Positions 34,109 to 46,521 are shown, counted from the first letter of the whole stretch. The stretch is DNA of 55,724 nucleotides, filler included, from Sphacelaria rigidula (GCA_964200075.2; 6 parts of 6 records of this genome joined end to end with filler, not necessarily neighbours in it), one strand, 5' to 3'. Program-made: numbers and translations. Notes: generated by a model not told the origin, from the letters alone.

Positions 34109-35178
34109 CTGAAAAACATGCCCACCATGATTCGAAAAATACACATTCAAATTGCAGACGGAAGATGGCGCAAACCGGGAACAACATGCGGAGATTTCGT
34201 TCAGCACAAGCGAGATTTCCTAGCGTTTTGACTGCCGAGCTTCAATTTTCTCGTCAGAGCGTGAAAAGCATTATCGCGAGACTCACGCCTGTTTGAAGGT
34301 TGATCGTTGAGTGTTCACAGCTAGTACCATGAAGAGCATGCAATCAAATCGTCGAATACGCGCATGTAGAGGTACCCTTGGGAGGATTCCATGATCTTCG
34401 TCAATCGCGTTCCTCGAGAACATTACTTGATTGTTCCGGTAAGCGGTCACTGCGTACCGCGGCTTCACACAAGTGGTTGCGACTCGGTGGGACATGGCAC
34501 AACTCAAAAACCTAAACATGTATCGGCAATTTTGCCCACCGACACAAAATGAAAGTACCGGTGGTTGCGCATTTGGGCGCCATGCGAGGGTGCGAACCCG
34601 GTTACACTCAGGTCATGATGTCCAGAGAAATCGTGCCTCATAGAAAGTAACGGCAAACTGATGATATTGCCACCTACCACCGATGCGACAGGATTCGATT
34701 GATCGATTGACCGTTGCACATCAATGGTTCCCTAGGGACCCAGCCGTGGTCATTAGACACAAGATAGACGTTCTCAACGTGAACAAAACAGAAAAGCTTG
34801 CTGAAAATAAAATAAAAAGCGAGGCGGAAAAAACAAAAATATACAACAATCGAATGGAAGTCAAGGGAGAAACCACAACCAAGCAAAAAAGGAAGAGAAT
34901 GGAACAGAGAAAAGTTAGGAAACATATGTACATATGAAAAAACAAGACAATGAAAAATAAAGAAAAAATACTAGAAACGACCGGCTCTGCAGGATGTATC
35001 GAAAATAAGCACACCGAAACCAGAAGTCCATTCCATACATGGCATCGCTTCTCGAAGCGTCAAGGTCGATTTACGCAGCATTACAACCCCGTGCCACCAA
35101 ATTGCTGAAACTCGCTTCCTCCAATTCCTTTTTCATTATCTTGACCCCCTCCCCCCTATCCATCAGCCTCTCTCTCAC

Positions 35179-35322
35179 CGCAGCAGATGCATGGTCTGGT
35201 GGAACTCCTTGACAGTAGTCTTCGCCTTGAGGACGCCCGAGCAGGGGCAGGTCATGCTCAAGGATCGCGTCGCGACCGCGCCGCACTTAACGCACGCCAT
35301 GTCTTGTAACTGGTATTGCACG
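35179..35322 (-). CDS. POLE: DNA polymerase epsilon catalytic subunit, CysB metal-binding exon (not in the ORF track in this frame)
   Basis: TAG|C...CG|GTGAGA. Encodes (S)VQYQLQDMACVKCGAVATRSLSMTCPCSGVLKAKTTVKEFHQTMHLL(R), the QD..C..C...C.C.G pattern of Pol2. Confidence 0.9.
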
Positions 35323-35814
35323 CTACCGGGGCCGGTCATTATCCATCATTTTGTCGCCACGAGAGGAATAAAGAAAAAAAAGACGGCCGGGAAGAGAGAG
35401 GAAACTATCTGCATTTGGATATAAAAAAAGCGATGGCACTTTTCCTTTTCCAAAAACAAGTCACCGCCTAATTCTGATTTTTCACCTGCCGGAGAGCGAT
35501 TGGTTGCTACTGTACAGAGTTTGTGCTCCGAGGGAGGGGGAGGGGGAATAACTTCGCGGCGACAGCACGTGTGGATTTATGTACCACAAAGGAAGTCAAT
35601 GGTTTGAGTTGCAGGCTTGCTTACATCATATTTCGACAGCGGAAATACACTTTTTGGTGCTACTACCTACTACCTGCTGGCGATTCCGAACGAAATCTGA
35701 TGGAAACTAAAAGCGGTGGAATATTTGAAGATTCACTCTTATGTTCAGTGATTGGTCGGGTTATCGATAGATTGGCGTTTCAAGGTCAGGATGGCGATAG
35801 GAACAGAGTCTCAC

Positions 35815-35903
35815 CTTCGCCGCTCCACGGCCTCGACGAGGGACAACTCTATGCTGCTCTGGTTGTACTCGTGGTTGCACTGGACGCATCGCCACCGCTC
35901 ATC
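35815..35903 (-). CDS. POLE: DNA polymerase epsilon catalytic subunit, exon with second half of CysA
   Basis: CACAG|GAT...AG|GTGAGA. Encodes DERWRCVQCNHEYNQSSIELSLVEAVERR. Phases match both neighbours. Confidence 0.9.
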
Positions 35904-36787
35904 CTGTGAAAACGACAACGACGAAAAAAATCGGGAAAAAACGACAAACGAACACACATACACACACATGATCACTCCATATCTCGTCACAAAGGCACAC
36001 ACACGGAAGTCCGAAAAAATAGAACGTGATGTTATTCCAACATCCCAACCTGCTCTTTCGTTGCTCCTCGAAAACGCCATCGCATACCTTGAAAGTGCAA
36101 ACCCTGAGCTACTGTAACCTTCAACCACCGCGAGAACACAAAGTGGAAATCCGAAATCATGGAGGCCGCCGGAAGGGAGCGTGGACGCTACGGCTACGAT
36201 TCGGTCTTGTTCTTCTGTCCAACTGTGTACTGCGTGACTCCATACAACACTGATCGGAGATGTCGAGATGAAAAATGCTGCCACACACTCATGTTGTACA
36301 ACAATTTACATTTAACACGATAAAAAAGCACGGGAACAAATGCGTCAGTGCACAGCGTTTTGGAATATTTTTTCACAAGAGTACTTATTTTTCGTCTTTT
36401 ATTTTTGTCGCTGTTCTGTTCTTTTCTCAGTCTGCTCTGTTTGTCTTACCTCTTCTGCTCGCTTCAGTTTTCTTGAGCGACTTCTTCACTTTTATTGTAC
36501 GTCTATCATGTGACCATGGTTGGTTTATTGGGGGGATCAGTCAAAGTGGCACAATCAGTAATAGAAATCAATCGATCAATACACGTCACACGTCACTTTC
36601 TCTTTGAAGTCATGCTCCACCGTGACTCCAACCAACCCCTTCTCCGCGAGATAAATAGAGTGACTTGGATCATGACCCTGCGTCGTTTTCATTACTCTCA
36701 TACAGAACCTGAACCTCATCCTGTGAAGGGGATGTTACATGTTGTCACTCTTAGCATCATAGGCTATGCATGGCACTGTGGACACAC

Positions 36788-36964
36788 CTCGTCCTCGTCC
36801 ATAAGTCTAGAGTCCCGGCACATGTCTAGGTCCCTGCACAGGTTGCAGAACGAGCAGATGACGTCGGGCAGAACGAAGCTCACGCACGGATCCACATACT
36901 GGCCCTCCGCCGAAAACTGCCGTACCCCCACCTCCGCCAGTGCTTGCTTTCTCAAAGTCTCAAC
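36788..36964 (-). CDS. POLE: DNA polymerase epsilon catalytic subunit, exon with first half of CysA (upstream exons lie beyond the contig end)
   Basis: CCAG|GTT...GAG|GTGTGT. Encodes VETLRKQALAEVGVRQFSAEGQYVDPCVSFVLPDVICSFCNLCRDLDMCRD, the FS...DP..S.VLP.VIC..C...RDLD.C.D signature. Confidence 0.93.
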
Positions 36965-37057
36965 CTGGTCAACAAGTAGTCGAGGAGAAGCACGGAGCAG
37001 GCACCAGAGGCCCGGTTGGGTCACGGGGAAAGCGTGTGTGTGGGGCGAGTGTACTCA

Positions 37058-37118
37058 GGGTGTACTCATGATCATGCATGCCATAGTCATAAGACCATTG
37101 ACTTCGCATCCCTACAAA
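37058..37118 (-). repeat. Family E partial copy cut by contig end
   Basis: GGGTGTACTCATGATCATGCATGCC...CGCATCCCTACAAA. Confidence 0.75.
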
Positions 37119-37218
37119 NNNNNNNNNNNNNNNNNNNNNNNNNNNNNNNNNNNNNNNNNNNNTTAATTAATTAANNNNNNNNNNNNNNNNNNNNNNNNNN
37201 NNNNNNNNNNNNNNNNNN
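37119..37218. other. Artificial contig linker
   Basis: N44-TTAATTAATTAA-N44. Confidence 0.98.
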
Positions 37219-37474
37219 GGGGGGGGGGGTCCGGACGTGTGGGAGGGGCCGCGACAGGGGCTACGGCGAACCGCAAGCAAACAAGAGTGCAACCCCCCCC
37301 CCCCCCCCCCCCCCTCCCTCATTTGTACCGGATGAAAATGAATGAGATCATTGAGTATTAACTACCTTGACTGAAAACTGTGGCCGGTTTCGTCGCGTCT
37401 ATAGGTCTTGGTATCTCACTCCTTTCTCCTTTCCCCCCCCCAATGTCCGCGCGTGTGCGTACATGTGTCTCAAG

Positions 37475-37588
37475 GCCGATATTTCTGGGGAGAACGCTCA
37501 GAGCCAAGAGCTGTTCGGACTTTTGCTGATTGGGGTGCACGCTGCCATGCTGCTGTCGATCGCTGTCCAGATATACTTCGGTGTACAG
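37475..37588 (+). CDS. Exon encoding the last transmembrane helix of a probable multi-pass surface protein
   Basis: CTCAAG|GCC...CAG|GTAAAC. Encodes ADISGENAQSQELFGLLLIGVHAAMLLSIAVQIYFGVQ. From recollection it resembles the final helix of brown-algal 'polymorphic outer membrane protein/adhesin-like' proteins. Confidence 0.6.
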
Positions 37589-38153
37589 GTAAACCATGCT
37601 GTGTTGAACACATTCCTGTCGTATTCATGCTCATGTTTGCAAGATTTTCGCGTGTATACCCGTGGTTTTTGCTTCGGCTTGGTGGTATTCTCATTTGTAT
37701 AATGTTTGAGCGCCGCCATTGATGTGCACATGATGACGTCACCGTACGTATGTTGCATATCTCACGTCTGGTGGTCTATTGGGTCCGTTCATCGGCTGTA
37801 TATCTTTCTTGGGGAACTATATCCACAATCCTCGCTGCTACATTTTCAACATGACGGCAGGTCGCAGCATGCGTATAATGTTGGCCAAATACACAAGACC
37901 ACCGTGTTCGTCTTTCACCGCCCTCTCCCCAAGAAAACCGGGCAACCACGTCGGTCGGGGAGAACACGCAGCGGAGGTGTTGAGATATAGATAGATCGTT
38001 TGCTTCGGGGGTGCGTGGACAATCGTGGACAAAATAGACGCACAAGGATGGATGTATAATATTTTCCGGCAAGACAGAGAAGAGCTGCAGTTTTCAATAC
38101 CTTAACGGCCAGGGTAGGTCATCTGAGTAACGCACGAGTATTTGTTTTGCAAG

Positions 38154-38443
38154 CGAATTTGATGCTGGCGGTCGACGGTTTAAGCCGTTTCCATTGTGCG
38201 GTGGCACTAGTGCGACAACGACGAACTTTGGCCGCAGCAGGAGCGCTCCACCTTCATATATTTGATGACTACACAGCGCTGGTAGATTCGCTTCCGAATC
38301 TGCCTGATCTACAACCCTGTCTGCCTGTGGTTTGTTATTTCGTTCAACCCGATGCAAATCAGGCTACCGCTGAATCTGTAGATGATGTACGGGACAGCAT
38401 GGCACCTCGCACAGGGGATTGCGACGTTGAACAGTGCCCACAG
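38154..38443 (+). CDS. Candidate internal exon of the same gene (needs a phase 0-to-1 mini-exon, possibly 37934-37976)
   Basis: TTTGTTTTGCAAG acceptor, CAG|GTGAGA donor, open frame NLMLAVDG...VEQCPQ. Confidence 0.35.
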
Positions 38444-39700
38444 GTGAGAATACGATACGCTCAACCCGAGCGACATGGCCGTATTCGACTGAACAGTGTG
38501 CAACATCGGGATTGTGCGTGTGGGGGGAGGTCAACCCCCGAGGAATCGGTATCTTCCAAACTACGATTGAAGCGGGTGTGCACATCACAACACTTCGCAG
38601 AGCACGTCATTCGTCCGAGGAACGATGGCGACCAGAGGATGAGAATCTTGGCGAGCTGATTTACCCGCGCAATCATGCAATGACTCGGGATATGTGGACG
38701 ATCGAAATCTTTTCCCATCTAACATGCGATTATTTTCTCCAAACATATTTGTTTTTTGGTCATGATGATTACCATCATTACGCCTCTCGTCGCGTCAAAC
38801 CGTACTACAGTACTGTACCGTATCGGCCAACTGGCGGGCAGTCTTCAGCTTCAGCTTCGCCCGAGAAGTATCTCTCGTCATCACACCTGCAAAAATTAAA
38901 CTGCAGATTTTCACCATAATGTTTTGAAGCGTTTGGTGATGATGTGCAGGTTTTGTTCTCAGTAGTTGAGTACACACTGCACTGCGACCTACTTTCCCGT
39001 AGGTTCGCATCGTTTACATATTTTTGCCCGGCCTCCCCGCCCTGTACAGGATTAAGAGTTAGAGTCGAGAGCGGTGAAGGGAAACAGCGTTTCAATAACA
39101 AGTCTCGTGCCACCCCACTCCCCATGGTTGAGCGTTTGCACGTGGGAATTTCCTCCCGTGCTCGAAATACCCCGAAATGGGAAGCTGCTGACTCTTGACC
39201 ATGTTGAAACTGTGTGCATGAAGCTGGTTGGATGCTGTTTTTCATATTTGGATCATACCGCACTTTCTCGTATCATGTGAACGTTTTTTGGCTCCAAGGA
39301 CATATGCGTCTGCTCTGCTATCGCAATGAGCAAGCCGGGGAGGGGCGATGCTCATTCTAACGTCTTGATTATGCACGTGGCTGCCGATGTGCTTGTATTC
39401 GTTTTCGAATTGTCAATATGCCGTCATCCTCCTTTGTAGTATGCATACGGTTAGGTACAGCAGTAGTGAAACGAGCTTCCCTCGCCCCCTGCCCGTTTAT
39501 GCATGCTGTGTCGTTGTCGGTGACTGGTTTGATCTCTTGAGCACACCACTCCCATTTGTTGCTGAAAGCTTCGGACTCGCACGGTTTCTCGCGCGGCCTC
39601 TCCCGTCTTCCCCCCTCGTACTCACAAAATTATATCACCGCCCACTTGTGCGATGTGGCACCCGCTTGGTAATTGCTGTAAACGGTGCTTCGGTGAGCAG

Positions 39701-39774
39701 TGTGGTGATAAAGGTGATGCAGTTCTCGGGCGGGAGATCGAGGCAAAGACAAGTGCGCGCGGTGACATGGAGAT
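39701..39774 (+). CDS. Candidate internal exon (CGDKGDAVLGREIEAKTSARGDME)
   Basis: GAGCAG acceptor after an AG-free tract, AT|GTGAGT donor. Phase 0 to 2 fits the flanking exons. Confidence 0.45.
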
Positions 39775-39836
39775 GTGAGTGTTTGAAGACATGTGCTTGA
39801 AATATCTGAGATAAAAAACCAACATTATTATCGGCG

Positions 39837-40230
39837 CGCCCCGGTGGTGTAATGACCCGACTGTCGCCATTAGAGTGGAAGGACGAGGGTTCGATTCCCG
39901 ATGCGTTGGGTTTTTTCTTCGTAGTATCTGAATTTCGCCGTGGAAAATGTGAGAACTTGAGTAAGCAAAACAGTTGACTGAGTTTGTTTAATGTGAGTGC
40001 GATGCGGGAGTGCCGACCCAATCCGCGAGACCAGAATGTAAGGTGTGTACCGCGGAGAGGTTGATGTGAGTGGACGCGGTGCAGGAGTGCTGACCCAATC
40101 CGCGAGACCAAAAAGCAAGGCGTGTGCCGGGGACAGATGAATTGATCCCTTGAAACCACGGACTCGTCCCGAGAAAGGACAGGGATTTAATGAAAATATG
40201 ATAATGAAAATAACAAATAATAAAAATATT
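39837..40230 (+). mobile_element. tRNA-derived SINE (intronic)
   Basis: A-box-like TGGTGTAATG, B-box GGTTCGATTCC, internal duplication GGAGTGCYGACCCAATCCGCGAGACCA, A/AAT-rich tail. No complete cloverleaf. Confidence 0.7.
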
Positions 40231-41313
40231 TGTTCCGACACCGGGGTGTATTTTCCTTCTGGACACGAGAACCAGAACAGCAGGAATCTTTTCACGGTCT
40301 GGCTGGATATTGAAGAGCCGAGATGTGTATCGGTCGACGCTAAGATGTTGACTCATCTTTCACTGATCAGCTGCGGTAGCAAGTGTGTCATGTTCGCGTG
40401 CTGCAATCGTTTGTCATTATGTCGCTTGAAGCTACCCTGCCACCATGGGTCTGAGTAATGACGTCTGCGAGAGCACTCTACCTTCTAGGAAGACCTAGAA
40501 CGCGTACCCCAGTACAGGGCGTCAAGTGAAGCATTCTTTCCCGCTTTTTACTATCTGGTTATCTCATTTAATCGCAAATGCAAACCCTTTGCGCGTGTAC
40601 TTGCCCCCCCTTCCGTGGTGAAGCAATAGCCAGTACAATTTCACAGAGGGTGGAAGCCAACACTCGCACCACTGTAACGTTCCCACGGCAGGCTCGCTAC
40701 CTCGAGGGTCGTGCTCGTGCTCTGGTCGTAAAGTCTAGGCCCATAGAAGTGTTGTACTAGTGTGGAGCGCATACATTGATGATAGTTGATGATTGATCGT
40801 GGACACTGTACTCATGGGGAAATTGAGGCCATCGTGGGAACCGGATAGCTCGCGAGCTGTGAGTGGTGCGTGGTGAGTGGTGGGTAATGATCGTCGTGGA
40901 TGTTGCACAGGGGACGGGAAATACGCAACTTTAGGGCGAGCAGGAACGTGTTCTCCACAGAAAGATGGGAGCCAAAATGCGCACTATATATCTCCTGTCT
41001 TGGGTGGTGTCGTGGGAACTAGCGCTAGCTCACTCCCGGTGTATTGACGGTCGTTTCTTTCTGCTTCGTATCTATGTATTTTTTCGTGAGAAGCGGGAGG
41101 TTTTTGAGTTTTTTTCTCAAACGTTCTGGCCGCGGAGTCATTGCAATCATTCCATATGTTGTATAGATGTGCACTTCTCGTCGCGAAAGAGCAATTGTGC
41201 ACAGTTTTAGATCTTGGATCTTGGATCTTGGACCTTGTGCTGACACAATGGCGTATCCGTCACTGGACGTTCAACCCAATCTTGTACATAATCTCCAACG
41301 CTGAAATGCACAG

Positions 41314-41468
41314 GGGCAAAAGGAGAGGGTCAGAAGACTGCCGCAGTAGCCGCGATGACGGTCGCTCAAGGAAAGACACGCCGGGCGCTTCGAGCAAGCA
41401 TCGAACTACCAGACTGGGAGCCTTGCGATTCGGTCCATCGCCTGTTGCGGCCCCCAGGAAACGACCAA
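41314..41468 (+). CDS. Candidate internal exon (GKRRGSEDCRSS...APRKRP)
   Basis: CACAG|G acceptor, A|GTGCGT donor. Phase 2 to 1 links 39774 to 42068. Confidence 0.5.
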
Positions 41469-41928
41469 GTGCGTTTATATGTGTATTTGTAGCGAAGGCA
41501 GCGCATTTGGTGACAACGGGAATCTGGGAAAATCGTTGACGGACTCACCCCCCTTTCCACCCGCCAGGATCTACCTTCGTGTTGCTTGATGTGTTGAAAG
41601 TGCCAGCAACACCACTCTACGCTACGCGCGGTTGTATACTCGCGGTTTCTTGTTGAGCGTCCACTCCGGTGTCTGCAACGTGTGTTCGTCTGTCTCCATG
41701 AGGCGTGTCCACTTACAGTAGTATGTATTTGGACCCTTTCACCGCCAGGGCGGCGGATACTCTGTTGAGCCGGCATCATTTTCGCTTGGAAAAATACCTG
41801 GAAGACCCAGATGACGCACCCTGGACCTCAAAGACTTGACACGCGTCTCTGTCGCTAGTGCGTCTTTACTCCGTTCCGGAGCGGTGTACTGCGGATCGTC
41901 GACGAGTATGACGCGGTTGCTTCGTACA

Positions 41929-42066
41929 TGGTATCAGATCCGTTGGCTCAGTACGTACCATATATCCCTCCTTGGAATATAAACATAATTAAATACTTGG
42001 TATCAGACCCGTTGGCTCAGTACATATAATATATCCCTCCTTGGAATGTAAACATAATTAAAAGCA
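41929..42066 (+). repeat. 69-bp tandem duplication immediately before a splice acceptor
   Basis: TGGTATCAGA.CCGTTGGCTCAGTAC...ATATCCCTCCTTGGAAT.TAAACATAATTAAA present twice. Confidence 0.85.
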
Positions 42067-42067
42067 G

Positions 42068-43359
42068 GTGCGCACGGAGTATATCTCAATCCTGAGGAGA
42101 GTGCAGATTGCCCAACACACCTCGAAGCTTCCACCAATGACAACGGCGATGTTCAGGGCAACGGAGCCCAGGACCGGTCCAAAAACGGGAACAGTCCCAC
42201 CTCAGGCATAGCACGGCGGGAGTTTCCCGGCTCAGCGATTGAGGAAGCCGGAGACGCCCGTTCACTCTCTCGTTCGGATTCATCACGGAAGGCCTCATCA
42301 CGGCACCGTTCGTCGTTTTGGCGTAAGTCTGACGGCGTTTGTAGCTCTGCCAACGGCGCTGCTACCGACGACGCCAGCTACAACGGCGGCCGCGGCGGCA
42401 GTAACGGCCACTCCCTCTCGGGCGGGCGGTCTAGCGATATCTTAGAGACGGGCAGTGTCGCTGCGACAGAATGCCTCAGCTCGAGCCTGAACGGTAGCAT
42501 GGTTTCCTCGCGGAAACTGACATCGTCCTCCACGAGCGCCGGACAACAACGCGCTTTCTTTGCAATAGCAGAAGCCGCCGCCTCCGCGCGGGTCGAAAGG
42601 GGGGGAAAAGGAGAAGACAGGGGGGAAGTGAGAGGCATGGAACCGGAATCATCATCGCACGACGAAACCGCCACTAAAAGGGAGGGGGCAAGTAGCTTGG
42701 AACAGCAACCCGACAGGGTAAGGTGTCTGTTGAGTGCCGGCGTTGTTGACGTCGCGGGCTCCCAATCGCTGCCGCAAGAGCAGCAGTTGAAGGTCTTAAA
42801 CCCCACGTCGCGCGTTCACATTTCCCTGATGGCCACAGCGCATGCCCGGATGGGCCTGAGAAGGCAGCTATCAGATTCGTCCATCTCCGTTCAATTCCGG
42901 AGCAGCAATATGATGTCAGGTCTCAGGAGCCCCGAAAGGCACCGCCCGCGCTTACCGCGATCGGGGTCCGCGCGGGCAAAAAGCGGATCGGACATCCGCA
43001 CGGCGGTTCGCGGGGTGTTCAATGTACCCGGGGGCACCGGTGGTCGTCCCGCGATCCACCCCCTGGATACTAGCGACGTTTCGGTGGCATCGAACGAAGA
43101 AGACACACCGATGGTGCGCAAGGTGGTCACTGCGCCCAGGGGCACGGGTGGGCGGCCGGTGATTCGCCCCATGGATTCCAGTGATTGTGTTCTGGTGTCG
43201 AATGAAGAAAAAATGCCGACGGTGCGGGAGATGATCACGGCGCCCAGGCAAACGGTTGAGCGGTCGAGGATTGATCCCATGGATTCCACCGAATTTTCGC
43301 CGGTGCCTCATGGAGAAGAAACATGCATGACCGTAAGCAACTTGGGTACCGCTAGTTGA
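42068..43359 (+). CDS. Terminal exon, ~430 aa Ser/Gly/Arg-rich disordered tail with three 36-aa repeats
   Basis: The frame of ORF 42499-43359 stays open upstream to the acceptor AAAGCAG|GT at 42067. GC-rich. 108-bp repeats start at 43027, 43135 and 43243. Confidence 0.65.
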
Positions 43360-44752
43360 TGTACAAACCTTCCGCTCAGGGGAGGCATTACTGCCGTGCA
43401 AGCTGCTGGTGCCGTGATCCGTGTTGAGACGTCGGGCGTCTGGGTCTCCCGACTGACGGTGGCCTGTCGCTTCGGTCACTGTAGCCTGCGCCAAAACGGC
43501 GCTTTACGAAGCAATCAGTCCGCGGCCAGATCTGCTTTCACCACGTATGTCGCGAAACGGAAACTACTTGGCATGGATTGTGACGGTGGTATTTGTCGAC
43601 TCCGAAGGAACAACCGCGGGCCCACCAGCGGTGGTGTTGTGGGATGGAAGGAATGTCGGAAGTATTAGCGCGGAAGGGTTGTTCAGGACCGTTTGGATAA
43701 TTGTCCCGAGATCAAAACGATATCAAACGATGTTGGTTCAGTGCGTGTTACACGGGAGTCACATAAGAGGTCCGTTTCTCTCATTTTGTGATCTCAGGCC
43801 CTTTTCTCCGTTCTGAGGGCTTGAACAACGGAAATGCCGATGTTTTCTGACTTCAAATAGTGAGTGATGAGGTACTGCGAAGATGATCAACTAGTAACTC
43901 AATACTCGTATGATCTCGAGAAAATACCTTTTGTGTAGTGTGTACTCGGAGTAAACCAGCTGGTGCATACCCTTACATCCTCAGATACACATCGGAACTC
44001 TACTGCCAGGAGAGCTGTCGCTTGTCCGCGGCGTCGTGGTCGTCCAAACTATGACCTAGTGGTTTCTGGTAGCCATGCTGTATCCTTTTATTTGGCGTGG
44101 TAACGTTCAACTGAGATGATGGGCAGTCCCTCTCTGAGCGCAGCTGAAGGGCTGATGTATTCCTTGTATCGGATTTTTGCTGTGCAGCGATGTGACGAAG
44201 ATGCAGTAGGTACTCAAACCTAGTCATTTAGTGAGCAACAACACAAGGCGCGAGTAACTCCTCCCCTCCCCACTCTCTGTTTTGTGGGCTTTAACGATAC
44301 TGAAGCTGCTGAAAATACGGTTTGATACATGATGATATATATATACATATAGTCTTTTTTGTTTCGCAAGGAAGGGAGGCGATTTCGTCATGATTTAGAT
44401 CGTAGCAGAAGATCGCCTGTGCCCTGATGGCGTTTGTAGTATTACCCCCTTCTGGAGTACATTTTTCCAAGTTTTCGACAGGGAAATGAAAAGAGTTGTT
44501 AGTCTTCGACTTCGACAGTGTTACAGAAGAGCAAATCGATGAGAGAGCTATTGCCCATATAGTGTGGTCCCCGGCGAGGTAAGGCGCCACCTGCTTCAAC
44601 GGCCTGGTTCGATGTAGTTCAGTTCAGTTTAGTTGAGATTTTGCACGATTCCTTTAGGGAAAGCAATGCGGCGCGGGGCTGCCGTAGTTGTCTTTTTCGT
44701 TTTCATTCTCATATTATTCCGGTGCGTTGATTTTATTTTCTCCCTCCCCCCT

Positions 44753-44835
44753 CCGTGCTCCGTCCCGGCTTTGTGGGGATGTGGGGCCATTGGTCAAATG
44801 ACTACGGCATGCCAGATCAGAGTACACCTCCGCCC
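44753..44835 (+). repeat. Family E partial copy
   Basis: GTGCTCCGTCCCGGCTTTGTGGGGATG...GAGTACACCTCC. Confidence 0.65.
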
Positions 44836-45327
44836 TCTTTCTCGAATTTCCTCAGTGAGGGAGTGTCGAGTTTAGTTTGTGCTGGGCGCGTTCATCTTGC
44901 GACCATGCGTGGATTCATTTCGTGGCGGGTTATGGGTTGATATGCGACGGTCCCTTGGTCGATCGACCGCGACTTTCACTCTTCGAGACCGAAGGGAGTA
45001 GCGAGACGAGTCGATGTATGTGATGTTTTCCTGCAGAGAATTGATCATGTGCATTTTTGGTGCAGGTCGGAGACGGTACTCCTGGACGGTGAGGGTCATT
45101 GGCTTCCGACACGCTGAGTTGGAGTGGAAATTGATGGTACGTGTCCGCGGGGTGTGTAGTGGTTTCCTTCCTTCTCTGTTGAATTGCTGATGAGCTCAAC
45201 AAGGCAACGAGAAAGTCTGTGGTAGAACGGTCTTCGGGCGATTCCTGAGAAGGTTATCGTCACCACGGTATCCAGGGTTGTTGGTCAAGCGAGCTGCAGC
45301 CGCCCTCGAGGCTTCGAGATCATAATA

Positions 45328-45583
45328 GAGCAATGCTACGGTACAGATGCACCGTTTGTCCAATCTCTTGTCTGGTTCAGGGTCTCCCAACGATTCTAGA
45401 TGTACAAGAATATGGGTCAGGGCATTCCCTTTTGCGAATTCATTCGGGGTATCCCCAGCACAATAAAATAGTAATTCTGGCGTACTCTCACATATTTTAA
45501 ATGTCATGTTTCGGATGAGATAAAGGGCTCCTAACAAGTCTTACCCCAGAAAATATTCGTGCACCCCTTCTATAGCATCACTC
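45328..45583 (+). mobile_element. MITE family A, intact 256-bp copy
   Basis: Imperfect TIR GAGCAATGCTA / TAGCATCACTC. Flanks AATA and AAAA are a possible 4-bp TSD. Three other copies in the window. Confidence 0.75.
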
Positions 45584-46311
45584 AAAAACTATCATATGCG
45601 CAATTGACTTTAGATTCATAAACTACTATTTCGCAGTCGTTACCTTGGTTCCCAGCATTGTGTTGGGTCTAATACGTGAGCGGAAGTGTGTTTTTCGTGT
45701 GCGTAGGCATGGGAACCAGTGCCGTCCTTTGAAATTCTTTGACCACCAGGGGTGGGTTACACGGGAGTTTCAGATACGTGTCGTCTCGGAGCGAAATTAT
45801 GGCCACGTTTGTTATGCGAGGTGGTCGCGAAACAATCCACGGTTGACGCAAGACTGTCTGATGTAGGACCCTAACTCCGAGGCGGCTTCCGATAGTCATG
45901 CAGAAATCTCCAACAAAAGTCTCCCTGCTGAACGCCCATTTCGGCAATTCTGCGCCTGGTCTTGCCCGAGGGAATGGCTTGGAGTATTGCGCCACCGCTG
46001 GCAGAAAATTCTGCTCTGTCCAGGAGAACAAATGCATTGCACCTTCCTGATCTGTTGCATGTCCAGTTATGAAAAATGGAAATGAACGATCATGAAGAGA
46101 ACGACTACAAAATTTCGGGGTCGAAATGATGCGAAATCGACTTTTCTGTTTTACGTTGGTTTTGCTTGGTGGCAACCATCTTGATGGTCGTCAGCTCACC
46201 GCGTTCGGTGACAGCGCTGTCGGCAATGCATGTGGGTCGATATTTAATGTTCACGTCCGATACACCAGAGAGTGTCATGTCTGTGCTATACCTCCTCTCC
46301 ATGGCAGACAA

Positions 46312-46421
46312 TGTTCAGGAAGCGAACAGTTTGTCCATTGAACCAGTGAGCGCTCACTTGTAGTTCAATGGATAAACTGTTCACTTCCTGAACAAAAGAT
46401 ATGGGGTTCGGATCCCGGCAT
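46312..46421. mobile_element. tRNA-like SINE head (from ~46352, cut by contig end) with a head-to-head inverted copy of its first ~40 nt
   Basis: A-box TAGTTCAATGG, B-box GGTTCGGATCC. Palindrome centred on AGTGAGC|GCTCACT with arms 46312-46394. Confidence 0.55.
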
Positions 46422-46521
46422 NNNNNNNNNNNNNNNNNNNNNNNNNNNNNNNNNNNNNNNNNNNNTTAATTAATTAANNNNNNNNNNNNNNNNNNNNNNN
46501 NNNNNNNNNNNNNNNNNNNNN
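46422..46521. other. Artificial contig linker
   Basis: N44-TTAATTAATTAA-N44. Confidence 0.98.

Noticed and set aside
22501..37000. Endogenous phaeovirus region (EsV-1-7 plus a family B DNA polymerase)
   Set aside because: The polymerase is the spliced host Pol epsilon on a different, unlinked contig, and no viral core genes are present.
39837..39905. tRNA gene
   Set aside because: A and B boxes are present but there is no acceptor stem or full cloverleaf, and it continues into a body and A-rich tail, so it was called a SINE.
45186..45220. Hammerhead ribozyme core CTGATGAGCTCAACAAGGC
   Set aside because: Stem II does not close onto a GAAA core and stems I/III are not evident. At best a dead relic.
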